NCBI GenBank assembly: GCA_038065835.1
Contig: JBBTQB010000029.1
Span: 1 to 38,487, forward strand
DNA length: 38,487 bases
Reading direction: 5' to 3'
From: Patescibacteria group bacterium
GTDB taxonomy: Bacteria; Patescibacteriota; Minisyncoccia; Minisyncoccales; Staskawiczbacteraceae
In this document: piece after piece, positions 28,351-37,405 of the stretch
Layout: each line of letters opens with the position of its first letter
How positions within the stretch are numbered: the first letter of the stretch is position 1
Notes under the pieces: model-generated
Told to the model about the DNA's origin: nothing
Database searches by the model: none
What the model saw: only the letters and a program-made list of their open reading frames with translations
Translations under genes and position numbers: made by a program

Positions 28351-30594
28351 TTATCTTTTTGAATTTTGAGGCCAATGGGCAGCTGCCAATGGAGATTTCT
28401 TATAAAGGTTTCCATATAACTCTTCTGTCACAAAAGGCATAAATGGATGTAATATAATTAAATACTTTTCATAAATCTCTCGTAGTACGGCCATAGAATT
28501 TTTGATATCTTCTCTGGATTTCATTGACTCTGCATGTTGCTCTAACATAGAAAGGAAGTTGCAAGCTTGTTCTTGTGCAGATGAAAACATATACTTTTTA
28601 ATGCATGAACTTATTGCCCCAACAAGATAGTCTATCTCTAATAAAATTCTTTTATCTTCTTGAGACAAAATTACGCTTTTGTAGGAATCTAAATTATAAT
28701 CATTTGTTAAATCTACAACCTGCCCTATGTGCCAGAGGCGGCGAGAAAAATCTTGAAAAAATTCCAGTCGTTCTTCTGAAAAGTAAAAATCTTCCTTAGA
28801 TGATGTATAAGATACAAGTGCCATTCTTGTTACATCAGCCCCATATTTTTCAAGATAATATTCCAATGATACAATATTTCCAACACTTTTGCTCATTTTT
28901 TGACCGTCCTTGCCCAGCAAAAGCGGGTGCAGATAAACAAGCTTAAATGGCAAGGTTTTAGTTACATAAAAACTCAAAAGTATTTTTCTAGCAACAGACA
29001 ATCTCAACAAGTCATGACCTATAATAATTGAATCGCTAGGATAAAAATAGGAAAAATCAACAGATTTTGGCTCGCCAAAAACAATGTTTGCCCATTGGCC
29101 CGAAGAAAACCATGTGTCAAAAGTGTCGGTTTCTGGAAGGTAAGATTTACCTTCTTCTTTTTCCAAAACCCATTTTGCTCCCTCACCAGCGTAAATATGT
29201 TCTAACCCTTTGGCAATTTCTTCTAATTGAATGCCTTTGTCCAAAAAATTCTTCAGGTTACCGTAACATTTCTCCCCTTTTTGATTAACGAACCAGACCA
29301 TAAAATATTCTGGCCCCGAAACATCATACCAAATTGGCATTTTAATTCCCCATACATTTTGGCGTGCAATGGGCCAATTATGCATTTTACCCATCCATTC
29401 AATGAGCCCTTTCTTTCTCCATCTTGGAAAAACCACTAACCCATTTTCTTCAATGGCTTGTATGGCTGGTTTTCTTAGGGGAGTTTTTTCATTATCAAGA
29501 TCTAAAAACCAGGTAAACACAATCAGATTTTCGGTTTCATGACCTTTCTTGCAGAACAAAATAGGTTCTATGTGAGAGTCGTCAATTTTTTCAATATATC
29601 CCCTTCCTTCCAAAAAAGAGACTTCTTGAATTCTTGCTTCTGATGGCTTTAGTCCCGGGTACCTTTCGATCATATCCCCTTGCCAATCCAGTAAATTGCG
29701 AGATGGTAGAGAATTCCGGAGCGTATATTCATAATCATACTTTTTAAAAGAAGGAGAGAAAGGAGATAAAAATTTCTCTGTCTTTTCTGGATCAAGTTTT
29801 CTTTTACTAGCAACAACTTCTACTGGCATACTGGTAGCTGGATTTATGAGGGTTTTTCCTATGTGGTGCGAGTAATTTTGGTCAGCAGGATGAACTAAGA
29901 CATGAGTGACAGAAAAAAGAAATTCTGGACGAGTGGTTACCAGCGTAAGATAACCAGCTTCACCTTTTATGGGGAATTTTATATAATAAAGCGGCATCTT
30001 TCTCTCGGTTTCTTTCAATTCAATATCTGCTAAAAAGGTTGAACATGAAGGGCAGTAGTTCACCATATATAAACTCCGATAAATCAAGTTATCTTGAACC
30101 ATTTTTTTGAATATCTCATTAACAGCTCGTAAAGACTCTTCATCCATGGTAAAACGGAACCGACTCCAGTCAACGCTTGCTCCTAAAGACCCCAGTTGAT
30201 TTTTTATTGTACTGTTATTATCTTCAACAAATCTCTTAATTTCTAAAAAAAGTTCTTTTTTGGTATAATCTGATTTATTTTTGCCTATTTTTTCCAGCTC
30301 TCTTTCAAAACTAACCTGCGTCTCATAGCCTCCGTGATCTGTGCAGGGGATCCAAAGAGTTAGATCTCCCTTAGCCCTATGGTATCTAGCTAAAATATCT
30401 TGCATGGCGACCATTAAAGCATTCCCAATATGAAGAGGGCCTGAGGTGTTAGGGGGAACGAGAAAAATAGAAAACGGTTTTTTGGCCCTATTTACCTTTG
30501 GGGAAAAAATATTACTCTTTGCCCACGTCAGTTGGACATTTTTTTTAACTTCTTCATGATGATAATTTTTCTTGATCATATTATTTATTATCAT
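28351..30594 (-). CDS. valS: Valine--tRNA ligase (short form)
   Basis: HIGH-type PLHIGNAL, KMSKS (QKMSKSVGN), and ...LWIPCTDHGGYETQ... typical of ValRS. The call of Val over Ile/Leu rests on motif context. Confidence 0.75.
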   Translation of the reverse strand: MIINNMIKKNYHHEEVKKNVQLTWAKSNIFSPKVNRAKKPFSIFLVPPNTSGPLHIGNALMVAMQDILARYHRAKGDLTLWIPCTDHGGYETQVSFERELEKIGKNKSDYTKKELFLEIKRFVEDNNSTIKNQLGSLGASVDWSRFRFTMDEESLRAVNEIFKKMVQDNLIYRSLYMVNYCPSCSTFLADIELKETERKMPLYYIKFPIKGEAGYLTLVTTRPEFLFSVTHVLVHPADQNYSHHIGKTLINPATSMPVEVVASKRKLDPEKTEKFLSPFSPSFKKYDYEYTLRNSLPSRNLLDWQGDMIERYPGLKPSEARIQEVSFLEGRGYIEKIDDSHIEPILFCKKGHETENLIVFTWFLDLDNEKTPLRKPAIQAIEENGLVVFPRWRKKGLIEWMGKMHNWPIARQNVWGIKMPIWYDVSGPEYFMVWFVNQKGEKCYGNLKNFLDKGIQLEEIAKGLEHIYAGEGAKWVLEKEEGKSYLPETDTFDTWFSSGQWANIVFGEPKSVDFSYFYPSDSIIIGHDLLRLSVARKILLSFYVTKTLPFKLVYLHPLLLGKDGQKMSKSVGNIVSLEYYLEKYGADVTRMALVSYTSSKEDFYFSEERLEFFQDFSRRLWHIGQVVDLTNDYNLDSYKSVILSQEDKRILLEIDYLVGAISSCIKKYMFSSAQEQACNFLSMLEQHAESMKSREDIKNSMAVLREIYEKYLIILHPFMPFVTEELYGNLYKKSPLAAAHWPQNSKR

Positions 30595-30611
30595 TCATTG
30601 TATCAAAAAAT

Positions 30612-30640
30612 CGCGCTAACGCGATTTTTTGGTGAGAAAT
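30612..30640. terminator. Terminator hairpin downstream of rpsA
   Basis: AAAAAATCGCG-CTAA-CGCGATTTTTT. Confidence 0.65.
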
Positions 30641-30648
30641 CACCATAC

Positions 30649-31791
30649 CTACTTAACTAATTTTAAACTCATCCTGTGTTCTTTTGGTTCAACTAGCAAT
30701 ACTTCAAATTCATATGATTGGCCTACTTTTAGCAATTCTTCCATTTCTTTTTGAGATGCAAATTCTGAAATATGGCATAAGCCCCTTACCTTAGGATCTA
30801 CCTCAACAAAAGTGCCAAAAGGGCTAAATGAAATAACCTTGCCTTTTATTTTATCTCCCTTTTTAAATTTTTCTTCAACTTTTTCCCAGGGGTTTTCTTT
30901 TAAGCTCTTTAGTGAAAAGAAAACTTGGTTGTTGCTTATGTTTATGATTTGAGCTTTAACAATCTCACCGATTTTAACTATTTCACCTGGATTTTGGACT
31001 AGCTGCCAATCTAATTCTGAAATATGTATTAACCCTTCAATCTCGCCTCCCACTAATTTAGGGTTTTTTTCTTCTTGTGAAACATTAGTTTGCGCTTTTT
31101 CCCCTAAATTAATGGGGGATAAAGGAAACTTAATAAAAACTCCAAAATCGGCAATACCGGTAATTTTTCCATCAATAACATCTCCTACTTTATAATTCTT
31201 TAAAATCTCTTTCAGCGCTTGCTCTGTCTTTGCTTTTTCAGACAATATCAGCTTATTCTCTTCGGCCAACAAGTCTAAAACCTTAACCTCCAAAGTCTTC
31301 CCAATAAATTTTTGCAACTCTTTTAATATTTTTTGTTTGTCTGCATCCTCAACCCGTGGATAGTTTTCAGGAGACAACTGTGAAACAGGCAAGAAGGCTC
31401 CAATCCCATTAATACTTGTTAAAAGACCACCTTTATTTACCCCGGTTATCTTTACTTTTATAATCTCTTCCCTTTCTTTCATTTCTTTTAATTTATGCCA
31501 ATTTATATCTTTTGTGGCATCCCTTAAGGAAAGTTCTCTATAGCCGTCTTCATTTTCCAATTCAACTACTTTTGCAAAAACTATGTCGCCTATCTTTAAG
31601 TTTTTAATGGCTTCTTTTACCTCGTAAAATTCCCTGCCATAAATAATGCCTGTTCCCTGTAGCCCCAAATCAATAAATAAAGATGCCCGGTCTTTTGCCA
31701 CAACTCTTCCTTCAACCAAAGAACCCACCAGTGGTAGTGGAGAAAAGTCTTTTTGGCTTTTTATTATATTTTCTTTTGTCATTGTTGTCAT
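30649..31791 (-). CDS. rpsA: 30S ribosomal protein S1 (four S1 domains)
   Basis: Repeated S1 OB-fold motifs (GSLVEGRVV..., GDIVFAKVV..., GDVIDGKITGIADFGVFIKF, GDKIKGKVISFSPFGTFVEV). The start is probably MTTMTKEN. The track ORF extends to 31893. Confidence 0.8.
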   Translation of the reverse strand: MTTMTKENIIKSQKDFSPLPLVGSLVEGRVVAKDRASLFIDLGLQGTGIIYGREFYEVKEAIKNLKIGDIVFAKVVELENEDGYRELSLRDATKDINWHKLKEMKEREEIIKVKITGVNKGGLLTSINGIGAFLPVSQLSPENYPRVEDADKQKILKELQKFIGKTLEVKVLDLLAEENKLILSEKAKTEQALKEILKNYKVGDVIDGKITGIADFGVFIKFPLSPINLGEKAQTNVSQEEKNPKLVGGEIEGLIHISELDWQLVQNPGEIVKIGEIVKAQIINISNNQVFFSLKSLKENPWEKVEEKFKKGDKIKGKVISFSPFGTFVEVDPKVRGLCHISEFASQKEMEELLKVGQSYEFEVLLVEPKEHRMSLKLVK

Positions 31792-31870
31792 GGATATATA
31801 ATACAGGATATTTGCTTTTTTACAAGGGTTGAAGCGGGAAATTATTTGTGGTAAAATAGTTTCATAAAGC

Positions 31871-31937
31871 GTGAAACATAAAACGTGAAACATTTACGAA
31901 TTGCCGTTATGTTTCAGGTTTCAAGTTTCAAGTTTCA
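31871..31937. promoter_or_regulatory. Array of TGAAAC/GTTTCA hexamers in the divergent rpsA/MBL leader
   Basis: GTGAAACA occurs twice (31871, 31885). GTTTCA then occurs four times with a 7-nt period (31911, 31918, 31925, 31932), and the last copy overlaps the ATG at 31937. Confidence 0.5.
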
Positions 31938-32623
31938 TGAAAATTACTTGGGCTGGGCAGGCCTGCTTTCAAATTTCAGTCTCTGGCTCACCTAACCGTA
32001 ATGCTACAAATGTAGCAGGCGGGAAAGACAATCAGGTAAATATTGTTATTGACCCATTTGGAGAAATCGGCTTAAAAATACCTAACTTTGAAGCTGATAT
32101 TTTGCTTTTGACTCATGGTCACGAAGACCATAATAACGCAAAAGCTATTAGGGGAAGTCCATTTTTAATCAACGGACCGGGCGAATACGAAGTAAAAGGT
32201 GTTTTTGTACAGGGCATTGATTCTTTTCATGATGATAGCTTGGGTAAAGATAGGGGCAGGAATACTATTTACACAATTGAAGCAGAAGATATGAAATTTT
32301 GCCACCTTGGCGATCTTGGGCAGAAACAGCTAACTGATGAACAATTGGAAAAAATTGGCACAGTTGATATTTTAATGATTCCGGTGGGCGGAGTTTATAC
32401 TATTGATTCGTCGGATGCTTCAAAAATCATTGGACAAATAGAACCCAAAATTGTAATTCCAATGCATTATGAGTTGCCCGGCTTAAAATTCAAATTAGAT
32501 GGCGTTTCAAAATTCTTAAAGTCAATGGGCAAAAACTCTATTCAGCCACAGGATAAACTAACAATCAAAACCAGCACCCTTCCCAAGGACAGAGAAATGG
32601 AAATAATAGTTTTAAAGCCATAA
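31937..32623 (+). CDS. Metallo-beta-lactamase-fold hydrolase (UPF0173-like)
   Basis: MKITWAGQACFQI...LLTHGHEDHNN.... The track ORF starts at TTG 31901. Confidence 0.75.
   Translation: MKITWAGQACFQISVSGSPNRNATNVAGGKDNQVNIVIDPFGEIGLKIPNFEADILLLTHGHEDHNNAKAIRGSPFLINGPGEYEVKGVFVQGIDSFHDDSLGKDRGRNTIYTIEAEDMKFCHLGDLGQKQLTDEQLEKIGTVDILMIPVGGVYTIDSSDASKIIGQIEPKIVIPMHYELPGLKFKLDGVSKFLKSMGKNSIQPQDKLTIKTSTLPKDREMEIIVLKP
31991..32023 (+). repeat. Family-A hairpin element, 33 nt, degenerate left end, in frame in the MBL hydrolase gene
   Basis: CCTAACCG-TAATGCTACAAATGTA-GCAGGCGGG, encoding PNRNATNVAGG. Confidence 0.6.
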
Positions 32624-32628
32624 TATTT

Positions 32629-32961
32629 ATGGGATTTTCGGATAAAGTTAGGAATTTGGTAGAGAAACTGCAGCAATTGCCAGAGATACAGAAAAAGATT
32701 ATTTTTTTTACAGTAATGACAGTTTTCGTTATATTTATGGTTTTTTTTGAATTAATTTTAACTAAAAATAATATTGCATCAATAAACCAATCTTTAAAAT
32801 CACTAACTTTTCCCGAAATAAATATTCCTGATTTTAATGAAAGAAATATTGCGGGCTCTAATATGAGTGACTTAGAAAAAGTAGGAGAGTCACTTCAAAA
32901 CATAAATACTGATAATTCCTCTGTTTCTGGGGGAGATAATCAGGTTTTTCAAGATTTTTAA
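32629..32961 (+). CDS. Hypothetical membrane-anchored protein
   Basis: 110 aa with one TM helix (IIFFTVMTVFVIFMVFFELIL). Translationally close to the neighbouring genes. Confidence 0.5.
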   Translation: MGFSDKVRNLVEKLQQLPEIQKKIIFFTVMTVFVIFMVFFELILTKNNIASINQSLKSLTFPEINIPDFNERNIAGSNMSDLEKVGESLQNINTDNSSVSGGDNQVFQDF

Positions 32962-32964
32962 AAA

Positions 32965-35900
32965 ATGGCTAAAGAAGAACCAGAAAAAATACAAGCAATA
33001 GGACAAGTAAAGAAAAGAGAAATAGTGCAAGAGCTTAAAGAGTCATACATTGACTACGCAATGTCGGTCATTGTTGCTCGCGCCCTGCCCGATGTAAGAG
33101 ATGGCTTAAAGCCCGTCCATCGCAGGATTTTGTTTGCGATGTTGGAGGAAGGATTACGACACAACGCAAAGTTGAGAAAGTCAGCAACCGTGGTGGGAGC
33201 TGTTTTAGGACGCTATCATCCACATGGAGACATTGCAGTTTACGACTCAATGGTAAGAATGGCTCAAGATTTTAATATGAGATATCCCCTTGTTCAGGGT
33301 CAGGGAAATTTCGGCTGTTTTACTAAAGATATTAAAGTAAAACTTACCGACGGAAGAGATTTAACATTTGAAGAGTTAGTAAAGGAATATCATCAGGGCA
33401 AGAAAAACTTTGCTTTTACTGTTGATAGTAATGGGAAAATAGTTATTGCAGAAATTAAGCATCCGAGAAAAACCATAGAAAACGCTCCAATCATTAAGAT
33501 AACACTAGATAATGGAGAAACAATAAAATGTACACTTAATCATAAATTCATGCTGAAAAATGGAACTTGTAAAGAAGCTCAATACCTGACTGAAGGAGAA
33601 TCGCTCATGCCTCTTTATACAAAACTTTCAGAACGAGAAAATGATATTAATTTAGGGGGCTATGAATTAGTTTTTCAACCCAATTCAAACTCATGGTATT
33701 TTACTCATATGCTTGCAGACGAATGGAATATTGAAAATAACGTGTATGAAAAATCACAAGGTAGAATACGTCACCATATAGATTTTAATAAATTAAACAA
33801 TAATCCTAATAATATAAAGAGAATCGGATGGAAAGAACATTGGCAAATACATTATACAATTGCTTCAAGGAGGCATAGTGAAGATGCTCTATATAGAGAA
33901 AAAATAGCAAAAGGAAGAAAAGATTTTTGGGCTAATGCTGAAAACAGAAAAAAACATTCTGAAAGAATGACCATAAGAAACATTAAGAATTGGAAGAAAA
34001 AAGATTATAGAGAAAATATGAGAGCATTTTTAAGTGAGATAAATAAAAAATACTTGGCAGAGCACCCTGAAAGAATTGAGGAAATAAGAAAAACTGCTTC
34101 AAAGACCATGAAAAGATTGTGGCAAATTCCAGAGTATAAAAGTCTATTTCATAAGAAAATTGTCGCAAGCAATAAAAGAAGGGTTACTAATCTAACAGGA
34201 AGGTCTAAATTTTTGAGAATCTGTAAATACTTATCAAACAATAACTTAGAGATAAATAAAGAAAATTATGAGAAAATCAGAGTAGATATTTTCGGAGGGG
34301 CATGTTTCACGACATGGGATTTAGGTATTGGCAAATACTTTAAAGATAATAAAGATTCAGTACTATTTTCAATCAATCAAAATCATAAAGTTATAAAAAA
34401 AGAATTTTTAAATAAAAATGAAGATGTTTATGACTTAACGGTGGAAGTAACTCATAATTTTGCTTTATCTTGTGGGATATTTGTCCATAATTCGAATGAC
34501 GGGGATTCGCCGGCAGCGCAAAGATACACAGAGGCGCGTCTTTCTTCTATAGGCGAAGCAATGTTGGCTGATATTGAAAAGGATACTGTAAACTTTGCAG
34601 ATAACTATGATGGGACAAGAAAAGAACCTACTGTCCTACCCTCTCCTTTACCTCAGCTTCTTTTAAATGGATCGTTGGGGATTGCTGTTGGCATGGCAAC
34701 TAATATACCCCCTCATAATTTAACTGAGTTGATAGACGCTCTCATTTATTTGTTGGATTATCCAAAATCAGAGACATCTGATTTGTTCCAATTTATACAA
34801 GGACCTGATTTTCCTACCGGAGGCGTAATTTACGACCAAAAAGAAATTATTTCTGCCTACTCTCAAGGTAAGGGCTCAATCATAATGAGGGGCAAAGCTG
34901 AAATAATTGAAAAAGAAAAAGATGGATCTGAACAAATTGTAATATCAGAGCTTCCTTATCAGGTTTTAAAATCCAGCTTAGTTGAGAATATGGCAAGTCT
35001 GGTTTCAGAGAAAAAGGTTGAGGGCATAAGAGACATAAAAGATTTATCAGATAGGCAGGGAATGGCTATTATTATTGATATTAAGAAAGGTTTTGATCCT
35101 CAGAGAGTTTTGAATAGGTTGTATAAGTTTACTAATCTTCAAAAAACATTCCATTTAAACTTATTGGCTCTGGTTGACGGAATCCAGCCAGAAATTCTTT
35201 CAATTTCTGATGTTTTAAAATACTTCATAGTGCATCGCACTGAAGTCGTAACAAGAAGGACTAAGTTTGACTTGGAAAGAGCTAAAGAAAGAGCCCATAT
35301 ATTAGAAGGATTAATGGTTGCCCTAAAAAAGATTGATGCTGTTATTGCCTTGATTAAAAAGTCAAGAGACCGGGAAGATGCAAAGAATAACCTAATCAAA
35401 AAATTCAGGCTTACTGAAAGGCAGGTAATTGCCATATTGGAAATGAAGCTGCAGACTTTAGCTGGATTAGAAAGAAAGAAAATTGAAGATGAGCTAAAAG
35501 AGATTTTAGAAAAAATCAAAGAATTTACCGCTATTTTAAAAAGTCCAGAAAAGTTAAAAAATATTATCAAGAAAGAGCTGCAGGAATTAAAGGAAAAGTT
35601 CGGGGACAAAAGGAAAACAAAAGTTATAAAGCAAAAATTAGGTGAAATTTCAGAAATTGACTTAGTGCCCTTAGAAGATACCATGGTAACTTTGACTACC
35701 GGAGGGTATATCAAAAGGATTAACCCAGCTACTTATAAAATCCAAAAGAGGGGAGGCAAGGGAATTATGGGAATGAAGACCATGCAAGACGATATTGTAG
35801 AACATTTCCTTTTTGCCTCGACTCATGATAACCTATTGTTTTTTACAAATTCTGGAAAAGTTTTTCAAACTCAGGTTTATGAAATTCCAGAGGGAACAAG

Positions 35901-36684
35901 GGTAGCCAGGGGTAGGGGGTTGATGAATTTTTTGGAAATCTCAGCTGAGGAGAAAGTTTTGTCACTAGTGCCTCTGGAAAAATTAGAAGTAGGGCAAGAA
36001 AGAAACGAAAAATATTTAATGATGGTTACCAAAAACGGGCGGATTAAAAAAACATCCTTGGAAGAGTTTAAGAACGTAAGAAAATCAGGGATAATAGCTA
36101 TAAAATTAGAAAAAGGAGACTTGCTGAAAAAAGTTGTTAAAACCAGTGGCCAAGATGACATAATTTTGGCAACAAAAAATGGTTTATCCATTAGATTTAA
36201 AGAAAAGGACATAAGACCGATGGGCAGAGCAACAGCAGGGGTTAGAGGCATAAGGCTTAAGAAAGGACCTGCCCGCAGTGCTACAGGCGTTGCAGGCGGG
36301 GATGAAGTCATTGGAATGGACGTCATCTCGGCAAATGGCAAAGAGCAAATGGCAAATGGTAAGAAAGTAAAGCAGTACTTTTTGGTTGTAATGGAAAATG
36401 GATATGGTAAAAGAACAGAAATTTCCCAGTATAAAGTTCAAGGAAGAGGAGGTTCTGGGATAAAAACTGCAAATATTACTTCAAAGACTGGCAGAATAGT
36501 TATGTCCTGCATTTTAGATGACTCAACAGAAAACGAAGACTTGATAGTAATATCTCAAAAAGGCCAAGTTATAAGGACGGTTACAAAATCAATATCTTTG
36601 CTTGGTAGAGCAACGCAAGGAGTTAGAATAATGAGGTTGGACCAGGGCGATAAAGTTGCTTCTGGAGCTTGTTTTAAGGAGTAA
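32965..36684 (+). CDS. gyrA: DNA gyrase subunit A, intein-containing
   Basis: ...RALPDVRDGLKPVHRRIL..., YHPHGD, ...AAQRYTEARL (active-site Tyr), and C-terminal beta-pinwheel repeats. Confidence 0.92.
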   Translation: MAKEEPEKIQAIGQVKKREIVQELKESYIDYAMSVIVARALPDVRDGLKPVHRRILFAMLEEGLRHNAKLRKSATVVGAVLGRYHPHGDIAVYDSMVRMAQDFNMRYPLVQGQGNFGCFTKDIKVKLTDGRDLTFEELVKEYHQGKKNFAFTVDSNGKIVIAEIKHPRKTIENAPIIKITLDNGETIKCTLNHKFMLKNGTCKEAQYLTEGESLMPLYTKLSERENDINLGGYELVFQPNSNSWYFTHMLADEWNIENNVYEKSQGRIRHHIDFNKLNNNPNNIKRIGWKEHWQIHYTIASRRHSEDALYREKIAKGRKDFWANAENRKKHSERMTIRNIKNWKKKDYRENMRAFLSEINKKYLAEHPERIEEIRKTASKTMKRLWQIPEYKSLFHKKIVASNKRRVTNLTGRSKFLRICKYLSNNNLEINKENYEKIRVDIFGGACFTTWDLGIGKYFKDNKDSVLFSINQNHKVIKKEFLNKNEDVYDLTVEVTHNFALSCGIFVHNSNDGDSPAAQRYTEARLSSIGEAMLADIEKDTVNFADNYDGTRKEPTVLPSPLPQLLLNGSLGIAVGMATNIPPHNLTELIDALIYLLDYPKSETSDLFQFIQGPDFPTGGVIYDQKEIISAYSQGKGSIIMRGKAEIIEKEKDGSEQIVISELPYQVLKSSLVENMASLVSEKKVEGIRDIKDLSDRQGMAIIIDIKKGFDPQRVLNRLYKFTNLQKTFHLNLLALVDGIQPEILSISDVLKYFIVHRTEVVTRRTKFDLERAKERAHILEGLMVALKKIDAVIALIKKSRDREDAKNNLIKKFRLTERQVIAILEMKLQTLAGLERKKIEDELKEILEKIKEFTAILKSPEKLKNIIKKELQELKEKFGDKRKTKVIKQKLGEISEIDLVPLEDTMVTLTTGGYIKRINPATYKIQKRGGKGIMGMKTMQDDIVEHFLFASTHDNLLFFTNSGKVFQTQVYEIPEGTRVARGRGLMNFLEISAEEKVLSLVPLEKLEVGQERNEKYLMMVTKNGRIKKTSLEEFKNVRKSGIIAIKLEKGDLLKKVVKTSGQDDIILATKNGLSIRFKEKDIRPMGRATAGVRGIRLKKGPARSATGVAGGDEVIGMDVISANGKEQMANGKKVKQYFLVVMENGYGKRTEISQYKVQGRGGSGIKTANITSKTGRIVMSCILDDSTENEDLIVISQKGQVIRTVTKSISLLGRATQGVRIMRLDQGDKVASGACFKE
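33316..34491 (+). mobile_element. GyrA intein (392 aa) with an HNH-type endonuclease region
   Basis: The host sequence QGQGNFG|...|SNDGDSPAAQRYTEARL is interrupted. Blocks: CFTKDIKV (Cys1), TLNH, RHHIDFNKLNNNPNNI (HNH-like), VYDLTVE...GIFVHN followed by Ser+1. The codon phase was checked. Confidence 0.85.
36268..36300 (+). repeat. Family-A hairpin element, 33 nt, in frame in gyrA
   Basis: CCTGCCCGC-AGTGCTACAGGCGTT-GCAGGCGGG, encoding PARSATGVAGG in the C-terminal domain. Confidence 0.75.
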
Positions 36685-36692
36685 GCAACAGG

Positions 36693-36724
36693 TAATCCAC
36701 TGCTGCTTAATACACTTATCCACA
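36693..36724 (+). promoter_or_regulatory. Two DnaA-box-like 9-mers
   Basis: A perfect TTATCCACA at 36716-36724 and TAATCCACT (7 of 9) at 36693-36701, followed by AT-rich DNA with TAGATATTT x2. Confidence 0.35.
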
Positions 36725-36742
36725 GTTTGTTTACTAAAAATT

Positions 36743-36751
36743 TGGTATAAT
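36743..36751 (+). promoter_or_regulatory. Extended -10 element TGGTATAAT
   Basis: Read directly. It lies about 125 nt upstream of the methyltransferase gene. Confidence 0.4.
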
Positions 36752-36877
36752 AACAAAAAAGATACTGATAGATATTTAATAGATATTTGCTCGCTTCGCT
36801 CACGATATTAAGTTTCAATAAATATCAATTAATATCAATAAATATCGTCTGGCGAAGCAGACATATATCAGTAGAAT

Positions 36878-37399
36878 ATGGTTGATTTTTTAAAAATGGA
36901 CGAAGTTTTGAGTCACCTTGATCTAAAAGAAGATATGATCGCTGCTGAATTTGGCTGTGGAGGCGCAATGTTCACTATTTCCCTGTCAAAAATATTAAGT
37001 AAAGGTAGGGTTTATGCACTGGACATACAAGAAGCAAAACTCTCGGCTTTAAAAGGTAAAACAAAACAGCAGAAAATCAATAATATTTTTACAGTTCTTT
37101 GCGATTTGGAAGCAAAAAATGGCTCAACATTGCAAGATAACTCATTGGATATAGTTTTAATGCCTAATCTATTATTCCAAGCAGAAGATAAAAATGCTAT
37201 AGTTGAAGAAGCTAAAAGAGTTTTAAAAACCGGGGGACAGCTTTTAATAATAGATTGGCTTCGTGAAAATTCATTTGGACCTCAAAAAATTATAAAACCC
37301 GATGAAGTAAAAAAAATAGCCAGTAGTTTGGGTCTTTCGTTTAAAAAGGAGTTTGTTTCGGGAGATTATCATTATGCATTATTATTCACTAAACACTAA
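36878..37399 (+). CDS. Class I SAM-dependent methyltransferase
   Basis: Motif I AAEFGCGGAMFT, then ...VYALDIQ..., and ...LKTGGQLLIIDW. Confidence 0.75.
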   Translation: MVDFLKMDEVLSHLDLKEDMIAAEFGCGGAMFTISLSKILSKGRVYALDIQEAKLSALKGKTKQQKINNIFTVLCDLEAKNGSTLQDNSLDIVLMPNLLFQAEDKNAIVEEAKRVLKTGGQLLIIDWLRENSFGPQKIIKPDEVKKIASSLGLSFKKEFVSGDYHYALLFTKH

Positions 37400-37405
37400 A
37401 AAAGA

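Noticed and set aside
27804-28362. ORFs overlapping or antisense to the second orphan gene, on either strand (27804-28100, 28079-28300, 28180-28362)
   Set aside because: Same reasoning as for the first orphan locus. They are GC-driven artefacts.
35139-36441. Long antisense ORFs inside gyrA (35139-35714, 35877-36341, 36184-36441), with similar ones inside rny, hppA, valS and ftsH
   Set aside because: They are low-complexity Ser/Phe/Leu/Ile-rich translations of the reverse strand of Lys/Glu-rich genes, and the sense-strand genes are unambiguous.
36786-36860. A CRISPR-like or iteron array (repeated AATAAATATCA / TAATATCAAT units)
   Set aside because: There are only about three short, contiguous AT-rich repeats, located in the loop of a hairpin (GCTTCGC..GCGAAGC). 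There are no spacers and no cas genes. No CRISPR array is present anywhere in the window.
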